IMG/VR virus record: IMGVR_UViG_3300042564_006100
Coordinates: 1 to 64,000 of that record
Length of the DNA stretch: 64,000 nucleotides
Source: a virus
Direction: 5' to 3' (one strand)
Positions 56,355-64,000 of the stretch are shown here, piece after piece. The translations under genes and the position numbers were made by a program. A model generated the notes under the pieces. The model searched no databases, was not told the DNA's origin, and saw only the letters and a program-made list of their open reading frames with translations. Every line of letters begins with the position of its first letter. Position 1 is the first letter of the stretch.

Positions 56355-57484
56355 GGTTTTCTATCGGTTCCGGTTTGTTTTAGAATGGCGATCTCACGCG
56401 AGACGCCGGGTTGGTTGAATTTGCCGATCGAGTCGGCTGCACGGGTGGCGGATCCGCTGAATCCAACCCTTGTCAGTTGGCATCCGGCCCGGTGGAGCAG
56501 GTCGCAGGCGAAGGCTCCGGTGGTCAGGTGGTTGCTGAGCGGCTCTGAAATCCGCCGGATTTCGACGTGCTTACCGCAGATCACGGGGAGTTGATGCCGC
56601 AGCCAGTCGCCGGTGCCGTTGTCCCGGACAATTACCAGGCGGGCCTTTGCCGCGACTTCCTGCGTCGCCGGGCTGATGCCATGCTGTTGAAGGTGAGGGT
56701 TTGCGATCAGGAATAGAACGTCGGCTCGTCCCCCGTCCCAGCCGTGGCAGTGATTGATCCATGCCACCGGGAACTGTTGAGGGATGGGCAAACCGTCCGG
56801 CCGTGCTACGAGTGTGATCGGCCCGCAAAGGCCGGCGTTGCACAGCGCCGCCACACAGGCAGATGAGTCCGCCTGGCCAAGCGGATTGGTGACCAGCGCG
56901 GTTCTGGCCGCACAAAGACACGCCTGCTCGTATTCCTCTTCGGTGTCGATTTGAAGGCTGTTCAGGTGGCTGTTCGTGACCGGGATGACGTTGGAGAAGT
57001 CTCCGACCATTCCCGCAGGAAAGATTGCCACGCAACCGTCCCACAGGAGTTCCTCTCCGGTGTTCTCGCCACCGATGACGAAACGGTGGACATGCCGCGA
57101 GCTGAGGACGGTCGCATCCGGATGCTGGACCGCTGCTTCAAGACACCGGCGGAGGATGCCGTCGCTCCGGAATGGACTGGTCGGTTGGAGCAGGACGCAC
57201 TGCCGCCCGGTGGTGCCGGTGGCTTCGAGCGCATGCCTGATAGAATCAGCGTGCGAGCAGTCTGCGGTGGCCAGGTAATCTGGGCGTTTCACCGCACGCG
57301 CACCGTGACGACGGGCGATGTCGAGCAGTTCCGGAATGTCGGAAGTGACCACCGTTTCGAGTCCCGCTTCGAGAGCGTGAAGGATCGACCACTCCGCGAG
57401 CGGACGACCTTCCAGAGGAAGCATATTCTTGAAGCGGAGCCTCACGCTGCCCGCACGAGCTGTGATGACTGCGACCGGTTTCAT
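56351..57484 (-). CDS. Acylneuraminate cytidylyltransferase (NeuA-like) fused to GT29-like domain
   Basis: ITARAGSVRL..KN, LQPTSPFR, QIDTEEE; C-terminal LTTG...VGF. Confidence 0.7.
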   Translation of the reverse strand: MKPVAVITARAGSVRLRFKNMLPLEGRPLAEWSILHALEAGLETVVTSDIPELLDIARRHGARAVKRPDYLATADCSHADSIRHALEATGTTGRQCVLLQPTSPFRSDGILRRCLEAAVQHPDATVLSSRHVHRFVIGGENTGEELLWDGCVAIFPAGMVGDFSNVIPVTNSHLNSLQIDTEEEYEQACLCAARTALVTNPLGQADSSACVAALCNAGLCGPITLVARPDGLPIPQQFPVAWINHCHGWDGGRADVLFLIANPHLQQHGISPATQEVAAKARLVIVRDNGTGDWLRHQLPVICGKHVEIRRISEPLSNHLTTGAFACDLLHRAGCQLTRVGFSGSATRAADSIGKFNQPGVSREIAILKQTGTDRKP

Positions 57485-58710
57485 ATCATCGGGAGGGTTG
57501 CGGTTTTGAGCGTGCCAGCGGCGTTTACATAAATTGTCAGGCTCCCGCTGATCGCCGAGTAGGCGAACATCATCATGCCCGGCGGGATGGTGCCTGGGGC
57601 GTGATTGAAGACCGCGCCACCATGCAGGGCCGTCGGGCTGAGTCCGTGGCCGTCGGTGACTGAGAACTGCATGACGTTGGCTCCACCCCACACATGACCA
57701 CTCAGACGGGGGCCGGTGCTGCCGTAGGGGGCTACCTCCAGCCGGCCATAGCCGTGCATCGTGTTCGTGTCTCCGGTGACTACCCCGTTGCCAATCGCGA
57801 TGCAGTTGAGTCCTTCGGTTCGCGCACCGAACCCAAGGGCGATGCCGTGGCTGTAGGCCATCGTGTTGTTGCCAATCGCTACCGCTTCCCCATGGCTCAC
57901 CGATCCGAAACCGACTGAAACTCCGTAGCCTGTAGCAAGCGCACCAATAAGGGTCGCCGATCCGTGGGCGATGGTGTTATTGCCTACGGCGACCCCATGA
58001 GTAGTTACTTGGATGCCATGAATCGCTTGGAGAGCAGGCAGACGAGTCGCTGGCACAAAACCATGTGCATCCAGTTCGGCATAGCCGTGCGGCATCCCCT
58101 TGCGACTGGTCAGTTCGACCAATTGCGGAAGCTGGCCGACAGGCAGGGTGCCGCTGGAATCCAGCTCGGCATACCCGTACGCCGCACCCTTGCGACTGAC
58201 CAGTTCGATGGATGTAGCTGCCGGATAGGCGGGATCGGCGTCGGTGGGCACGCCTTCGGTGCCGCGGTTCACGTCATTCTCGACGACCACAAGAAAGGTG
58301 CGCGTGCTGGTCGGTTCACCCGCGCCTTCGCGCCAGGTGATCTCCCCCATCAAGGTAATTTCGGGAAGCTCCTCTGCCGTGGGTGAGCCGATGTTGAGCG
58401 CCGAGTTGAGTTGCAGCGTGTTGAAGCCGAGAGCGCATTCGTATTTGGGTGTGTCGTCGCCCTCCGATGGCATCGACCAGTCTGCTGTGTGCGCGAGATA
58501 GGACCGGTCGAACTGATTGCGCGGCTTGATACCGATCTGGATTTCCAGAGTGCCCGGATCGCCTATCGTGACAGGTGTAATGCCGTTTAGGAGAAAGGCC
58601 ACCTGGAGGCGGGCGTAGTCGCCACGTTTGAAACGGAGGGTGTTGACCGCGCTACGCTGGCCCGGTCCCTGGATAAGTTGGAGCGTTTCAAGATCGACGT
58701 GGAGCTTCAC
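57481..58710 (-). CDS. Tail fibre-like protein with YadA-head-like repeats
   Basis: Duplicated SRKG...GYAELD..G; repeated VAVG/VAIG/IALG units. Confidence 0.65.
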   Translation of the reverse strand: MKLHVDLETLQLIQGPGQRSAVNTLRFKRGDYARLQVAFLLNGITPVTIGDPGTLEIQIGIKPRNQFDRSYLAHTADWSMPSEGDDTPKYECALGFNTLQLNSALNIGSPTAEELPEITLMGEITWREGAGEPTSTRTFLVVVENDVNRGTEGVPTDADPAYPAATSIELVSRKGAAYGYAELDSSGTLPVGQLPQLVELTSRKGMPHGYAELDAHGFVPATRLPALQAIHGIQVTTHGVAVGNNTIAHGSATLIGALATGYGVSVGFGSVSHGEAVAIGNNTMAYSHGIALGFGARTEGLNCIAIGNGVVTGDTNTMHGYGRLEVAPYGSTGPRLSGHVWGGANVMQFSVTDGHGLSPTALHGGAVFNHAPGTIPPGMMMFAYSAISGSLTIYVNAAGTLKTATLPMI

Positions 58711-58734
58711 GCCCATGCGTGCCTGTCAACCGGA

Positions 58735-59292
58735 TCACTTGGCTGGCCATTTGCGCAGCGGGCATGTCTGGGATCTGAAACGTGCCTTGGCATCGACAAA
58801 ACACCCGCAGCGGGCGCAGGTCCGGTTCGACCGAAGCTGGTTGCACGATACACAGACGGCAAGCCGTGCGGCCACTTGCTGTGCGGTCAGAGTCGGTTGG
58901 CCTTGGACCATGGCCTTGGTTTCCGAACCAATCGCCTTGGCCAAGCTGCCAGCCCTCTTGAGCAATCCCGGTGGTGCTGGCTGGTTGGCGTTGGCATGCG
59001 CCGATTTCCGCGATTTCACTCCACTCCGCCAAGATGATGCGCGTGCAGCGATCATGTCGCCGCCATGGGTTGCTAGAGTCGCTTCCACAACCGACAAAGC
59101 AGCGTTGAGTTCCTTGATGAAGGCATGTCCCGCCTGCGACATCATGCCGTTGGGCAGAAACATTCCTTCGCGTTGCACAGCGTGGAATGCCCGATGTGAT
59201 TTCACCGGCATTGCCGATTTCAGCAAAACGCGAAATTGCGGGTCTTCCTGAAACGACTGGAGGCACGAGGGGATGAGGTCTTTCTTGTCCAT
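58735..59292 (-). CDS. Hypothetical protein with C-terminal Cys cluster (DUF6171-like)
   Basis: RLAVCVSC...CARCGC...K...CPLRKW. Confidence 0.65.
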   Translation of the reverse strand: MDKKDLIPSCLQSFQEDPQFRVLLKSAMPVKSHRAFHAVQREGMFLPNGMMSQAGHAFIKELNAALSVVEATLATHGGDMIAARASSWRSGVKSRKSAHANANQPAPPGLLKRAGSLAKAIGSETKAMVQGQPTLTAQQVAARLAVCVSCNQLRSNRTCARCGCFVDAKARFRSQTCPLRKWPAK

Positions 59293-61193
59293 TATCCGAA
59301 GCAGCTTGGGTAGTAGGTTCCATTTTCCGCCGTGAACGATCTGCGGAACGACGGGCTGCAATCCCCGGCGGTTTCGCAATAGCCGTCGCAGCAGCCGTTG
59401 CCGACATTGTTGCAGTTGTCCCCTTCGTCGGAGTCATTCGGGATGCAGTTTCCCGCCGAGGCGCAGGTGATACAGGAGCCATCGTCGTCGCTGATCTCCG
59501 GATTGTAATTGGCCGCGTAAGGGTTCGTGCATCCCGATCCGCACATTTTCGGGAACTTGAACTCGTGCTGATCGTTGGACTGCAACTTCTTGATTGGGAG
59601 GTAGGCGTTGGCGCGAATCAGGACGGATTTTCCCAAATCCTGCTGCACCGGCACCGAGTAGTCGATGGACTGCCCTGGAGTCATGTTGGGATTGTCGATC
59701 TTCTTGCCGTGGACATAGACCGACACCCAATAGGTGCCGTTTGCCTCCGGTGAAGGAGCCGCACCAAGAGTCACCCGGAATCCAAGCTGGATCTGGAACG
59801 GCGGTGCCGTGCCGTCAAGGAAGCACGGTGGATGCCACGTCACGTTCTCAATGGTGATCTGTGCTGGTTGAAGTGGCGGCGGAGGGGGCGGCGGCGGAGG
59901 GGGCGGCGGCGGAGGGGGCGGCGGCGGAGGGGGCGGCGGCGGTGGCGGCGGTGGCGGGATGAATACGCAGGCGTAAGTTGGGCATCCCCTGGCATCCATG
60001 CCTGTGACAACCCGCACGGTCCCGGCAGGACAGTCCGGTAGCGGAGGGCATCCGACCGGAACGCAAGCATAGATCGGGCACCCGTCTGCATCGACTCCGG
60101 TTTGCACGCGCACCATGTTTGGTCCGCAGATGATAGGCTCACCACAAGGGTTTCCGATAGGCTCGCACGGACCCCATATCACGCAGCCGTTTTCATCAAC
60201 TCCTTTGCCTATGGAGACTTCACCCGGAGGACATGCGGGAGGATCACCGCAGGCGACGGGCACGCAAGCATAGGTAGGACACCCCTTCGCATCTTGCCCG
60301 GTAATGACGAGTCTGCTGCCCACACCGCACATCGGCGGGTTAGGACAAGGTGGCTGGCAATTCCACAACGCACAGCCGACATCATCGAAGCCGATGGCAA
60401 CCGCGATCTGTCCGTCTGGACATACGGGCGGGTCGTCGCAAAACACGGGCTGGCAAGCGTAGGTAGGACAGTCTCGCTCATCCCTGCCCGTTTCTATCAC
60501 CTTCGAGTCGGGTCCACAATTCGGCGGATCGCCACATGGTTGACGGTCATCCGGGGCACAATACCAGATCGCACAGCCGAGGTCATTGAAGCCGCTGACT
60601 CGCGCAGTGAATCCTTCCATGCACGCGGGCGGGTCGTCGCAAAACACAGGTTGGCAGAGATAGATTCGGCAGCCGCAGGTATCGAAGCCTCCGGTCACGA
60701 GCTTGAAGTTTGGTCCGCAATTTGGCGGAACTTCGCATGGGGTGGCGCAATCGTCAGGATCGACAGGCGGGTAAATCGGCGGAACGACCGGGCACTCGGC
60801 GGGTGGCGGGTTTCCTCCGGTTGGTGGGATAAACGGACTTGTGATAGGTGGCGAATCGACGGGCGTCGGGTATTGCGCCTTTCCCTGCTGATCCCATCCG
60901 TCATAGACGGTGCCGCACTGTGGCGAATAAACCGTCCAGTCGTAGGCAAGAAACTCTTCAACGCCGAAGTCGGCGTTCCGAACCACTCGGCTCACCGCAG
61001 CTCCGGTGGTGGTCGAAGACTTGGTCAGGTAGGTGAGATGAAACAGTCCGTGATGATAGACGATCCACCGTTGCGAGGTCGCATGGTTGAACGGATCGGT
61101 GACGGGGTCAGCCCATCCGTTCCGGCGCACCGCCCAACCTCTGCGTGCGTATTCAGCCGCCAGCGGCCAAATCATGCCATGTCCCACGCTCAT
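59292..61193 (-). CDS. DUF2829-like N-domain plus Cys/Pro repeats and polyproline
   Basis: Eight 4-Cys repeats, 28-Pro tract, GCTNP.A.NY...DDGSC. Confidence 0.7.
   Translation of the reverse strand: MSVGHGMIWPLAAEYARRGWAVRRNGWADPVTDPFNHATSQRWIVYHHGLFHLTYLTKSSTTTGAAVSRVVRNADFGVEEFLAYDWTVYSPQCGTVYDGWDQQGKAQYPTPVDSPPITSPFIPPTGGNPPPAECPVVPPIYPPVDPDDCATPCEVPPNCGPNFKLVTGGFDTCGCRIYLCQPVFCDDPPACMEGFTARVSGFNDLGCAIWYCAPDDRQPCGDPPNCGPDSKVIETGRDERDCPTYACQPVFCDDPPVCPDGQIAVAIGFDDVGCALWNCQPPCPNPPMCGVGSRLVITGQDAKGCPTYACVPVACGDPPACPPGEVSIGKGVDENGCVIWGPCEPIGNPCGEPIICGPNMVRVQTGVDADGCPIYACVPVGCPPLPDCPAGTVRVVTGMDARGCPTYACVFIPPPPPPPPPPPPPPPPPPPPPPPPPPPPLQPAQITIENVTWHPPCFLDGTAPPFQIQLGFRVTLGAAPSPEANGTYWVSVYVHGKKIDNPNMTPGQSIDYSVPVQQDLGKSVLIRANAYLPIKKLQSNDQHEFKFPKMCGSGCTNPYAANYNPEISDDDGSCITCASAGNCIPNDSDEGDNCNNVGNGCCDGYCETAGDCSPSFRRSFTAENGTYYPSCFG
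59874..59957. repeat. Polyproline-coding repeat (15-bp unit GGAGGGGGCGGCGGC x4)
   Basis: Seen directly. Confidence 0.9.
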
Positions 61194-61642
61194 TGTGTGC
61201 TTGTGGGTTGGAACGTCCTGCGGATGTCCTCATACAAAGGGACAATCGGGCAGGTTCCATAAACGGCGTTCGGATACATCGGATCAATCGCGGGGGCTGT
61301 GTCAGCAGGGCGCGGGTAGGGCTTCTTGCCCTGCCAACGGTCGCCGCCATAGCCATAGCCGCCCTGCATCTCCAGGCACGCAGGAGTAAGCACGGTCCAG
61401 TCTTCGGCATAGAAGTCCTCGACGACGAAGTCCGTGTTGCGAATGACTCGAGTCGCCTTGTTGCCGGTGACGACTTGTCGGTAGAGCAGCCAGAACAACG
61501 CGTTTTGATAGACGACCCACCGCAGGGCACGTCCGGTGTCGCCGAACAATTCGAGCTCATCCCATCCGGCACGACGCACCGCCCACCCGCGACGGGCGTA
61601 TTCGGCGGCCAGAGGCCAGATCATGCCGGTGCCGTAGGTCAT
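61190..61642 (-). CDS. DUF2829/Tad2-like protein
   Basis: ARRGWAVRRAGW...EDFYAEDWTV. Confidence 0.55.
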   Translation of the reverse strand: MTYGTGMIWPLAAEYARRGWAVRRAGWDELELFGDTGRALRWVVYQNALFWLLYRQVVTGNKATRVIRNTDFVVEDFYAEDWTVLTPACLEMQGGYGYGGDRWQGKKPYPRPADTAPAIDPMYPNAVYGTCPIVPLYEDIRRTFQPTSTQ

Positions 61643-62385
61643 GGGTTCGGAACGAGGTCGCGGTCGATGGCGAGGCGGAAAGTCTTGGACGAGCGGATGA
61701 CCTCGTCGGAGAGAGCACCCGGTTCGAGGTAGTCCACGCGCCACTCGATTTCGGCGATGGAGTCGAAGGTGGTCTGATAGTCGGCCTGATAGTTGGCGAG
61801 CGCGTTGAGGAGATCCGGCGTGTCGAGATCGACTAGGATGCGGTAGCGCGGGCGGTCGCTGGTGCCGATGATTTCCAAGCCGCCATTGCTCTGAACCAGC
61901 ACCGTCTCACCTTCGAACTCGCGGATGTTCATGATGATGGATGCCATCGCCATCGTTTGCAGTTCCTCGCCCTTGAGGAATCCGATGTCGAGAAACACCT
62001 TGTCGCCGTATTTGAGGAACATCACCGCCTGGCTGGCCTGCGATGATGAAGGCGTGATGCCCGGAACCGAAACCGCGCCTGATCGCAGGTCGATGTTCAC
62101 CTCGATGCCGATGCCATCGTTGAAGTTGGTGTCCTCAATGCCCATGGCCACCTCCAGCGGGGTCGAGGGGCCGGTAGCATTGCTGGCGATAACCTTCACG
62201 AGATAGACGCCAGCGGAGATTGCCGCTCCACTGACAAGACCGGACGAGTTGATCGACATGCCGGACGGCAGGCCATCAGCGGTCCATGATGTCGGCGTGT
62301 TGGTCGCCTGCATCTGATATTCGAAATACTGCCCTTTGCGATAGCCGAGGACGGAGGTGGTGTTGGAAATGACGGGAATGGCCAT
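61639..62385 (-). CDS. Putative Ig (He_PIG) domain tail protein
   Basis: GLPSGMSINSSGLVSG...VIASN. Confidence 0.7.
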   Translation of the reverse strand: MAIPVISNTTSVLGYRKGQYFEYQMQATNTPTSWTADGLPSGMSINSSGLVSGAAISAGVYLVKVIASNATGPSTPLEVAMGIEDTNFNDGIGIEVNIDLRSGAVSVPGITPSSSQASQAVMFLKYGDKVFLDIGFLKGEELQTMAMASIIMNIREFEGETVLVQSNGGLEIIGTSDRPRYRILVDLDTPDLLNALANYQADYQTTFDSIAEIEWRVDYLEPGALSDEVIRSSKTFRLAIDRDLVPNP

Positions 62386-62387
62386 GA

Positions 62388-64000
62388 TTATTGGATGGTT
62401 ACTTTGCCGAGGCTTTCAGGTTCATCGCCGGTGAGAGTTGCCTTGAGTCCGTTGAACGCGACAAGTCCGCGGGGATCGGTCTGGTGGTCATCGGTGTCGA
62501 AGCGAACGAGACGGCCGCGCAGGATAAAGTTGGCGGTGGTCATCGTGGTTTCAGTCGCCTCGGTGGCTCCGTAGATCACACGGTCCACGACGCAGGTATC
62601 GACGGAATTGACCGGCTTGCGGACGATGCGCAGGCCGAAGCCGTGCGATGACGGAACACTCGTCAGCATGAAACTGTGATCGAGTGAAGGAGGCAAGAAC
62701 GTGACATCCGCGATGTTGCTCGGGCTTGGCGGGTTGCCCGATGGCAAGCCGATGTCGATGGCGACGCCCCAATGAACGAGGGTGTTCGAGTTGAACACGG
62801 CGGCGACAAACGAGAAATCGAGCGAGAGCCGCTTGCCGAGTCGCAGTTGCTTGCCGTTGACGTGGATGCGGAACAGCTCGCGGGAGAAGTCCGTCGGGTA
62901 AAACACCTGCTCGCCCGCGATGACCTGTTCGACCTGATAAAAACCGCGCCCGTCCCATGCAAAGAATCCCGGCGCGTTGAGCTTGGTCGAGCGGCGGCCG
63001 AGATAGCCGGGAATCACCAGTGGCGCTGCGGTGTTGGTGTATTCGTAGATCACGCCGGACTGCGGGACAGTCGGCAGCGCGGCAACCGTGGTTGTGACCA
63101 GCGGATCGACATGCACGGCGGGCAGCAGGCCACCCACTCGCGGAAGGTCGGCGGGTTTGATCGACGGGACATCCTTCGCCTCGATCTTCTGGCGCGTCGG
63201 AAACACCTCAAAGAGTTCCGGCAGTTCCCACGCGGCGATGACGGTTTGTGAAGTGGAGCTGACGCCGGGTGGCGAGGTAGGGATGAATGTTTCCAGGTCT
63301 TCGACGCGCTCGCCAAGGTCATCGAGGATCAGTTGCAGCCCTTCGATTTGAGCAATGGTGTGACCGTGCGCCTGAAATGCGGACACCGGGCCTGCGGTGG
63401 AGATAATGACGACGTATCCATTCACCGCGGGCGGTTCGGCAAACGTGATGCTGAGATCATCCTCGCCATCGAGCGTGACGGCCAGTGGTTCGACGATGGC
63501 GCGGCTTCCTCCGTTCTGGCGCACGGTGACATGAAGATCGCGGGTGCCGAGGTTGTGACTGATGGTGAAGTCCGAGTTCACGCCATCACCGATGGGCGCG
63601 ACGTAGTGCTGTGAGCCGGTGATAATCTGGTCGGGCGTGAACGGCACATACGTCCTGCCATAGGGCGGCCGTAACCAGTCGATGTTGGCGGCGGTTTCGA
63701 GTCCCTCCCAGTTGAGTTCGCGAATCAGCGAGATCGGAGCGCGGAACGGCGTGAGCGTGTAGGTCTTGTCAGGGTCGTTCTCATCTTGAATTGCGACTTC
63801 GATTTCCAAGTCGGGCTTTAATTCGGGAGCACCACGCAATGCAGCGGCGATTTCGGCAGTGTTGAGATCGAGGATGACCGTCGGATCGCCAGGCGGTGCG
63901 GAAAACACAGCGACTTCGATCAACTCCTGGTCAATGCCGGCCATCTCGCCGTTGAAGGTGATGTGGGCGATGTTGGTCGCCGGGTTGCTGACGGAGAAAG
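62388..64000 (-). CDS. Large tail protein (5' partial)
   Basis: Frame appears open to window edge; FTISHNLGTRD motif common in tail proteins. Confidence 0.65.
   Translation of the reverse strand, partial: FSVSNPATNIAHITFNGEMAGIDQELIEVAVFSAPPGDPTVILDLNTAEIAAALRGAPELKPDLEIEVAIQDENDPDKTYTLTPFRAPISLIRELNWEGLETAANIDWLRPPYGRTYVPFTPDQIITGSQHYVAPIGDGVNSDFTISHNLGTRDLHVTVRQNGGSRAIVEPLAVTLDGEDDLSITFAEPPAVNGYVVIISTAGPVSAFQAHGHTIAQIEGLQLILDDLGERVEDLETFIPTSPPGVSSTSQTVIAAWELPELFEVFPTRQKIEAKDVPSIKPADLPRVGGLLPAVHVDPLVTTTVAALPTVPQSGVIYEYTNTAAPLVIPGYLGRRSTKLNAPGFFAWDGRGFYQVEQVIAGEQVFYPTDFSRELFRIHVNGKQLRLGKRLSLDFSFVAAVFNSNTLVHWGVAIDIGLPSGNPPSPSNIADVTFLPPSLDHSFMLTSVPSSHGFGLRIVRKPVNSVDTCVVDRVIYGATEATETTMTTANFILRGRLVRFDTDDHQTDPRGLVAFNGLKATLTGDEPESLGKVTIQ

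Larger units (their letters stand above)
54035..64000. mobile_element. Prophage B (left part)
   Basis: Paralogous int-xis-terminator followed by convergent tail-like genes. Confidence 0.7.

Overview
High-GC bacterial window, probably Verrucomicrobiota (inferred from PEP-CTERM proteins and a Luteolibacter-style C-terminal domain). It is made almost entirely of related integrated elements. Positions 1-~1530 are the right end of an element carrying an Mrr-like nuclease. Positions ~1534-54043 are a ~52.5 kb siphovirus-like prophage (A). A carries integrase/xis, a tail operon that breaks off next to IS elements and PEP-CTERM cargo, lambda-like head/terminase genes, a ParB-MTase/HAD/CmoA-like cluster, early genes, a tRNA-Met-like gene, a primase/PolA/helicase replication module, a sigma factor and a type I R-M locus. 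From ~54035 a second prophage (B) begins with a paralogous integrase/xis/terminator and distal tail genes. Best-supported unusual feature: the family A DNA polymerase is fractured into two genes bearing halves of a naturally split intein, with a free-standing HNH endonuclease between them. Other leads are a CmoA-like/MTase cluster, reciprocal att arm repeats suggesting A sits inside the att site of B, a TTGAC motif 13-19 nt before many start codons, a NeuA/GT29-like fusion, and Tad2/DUF2829-like domains in the tail module. All family calls come from motif recognition by eye; no searches were run.
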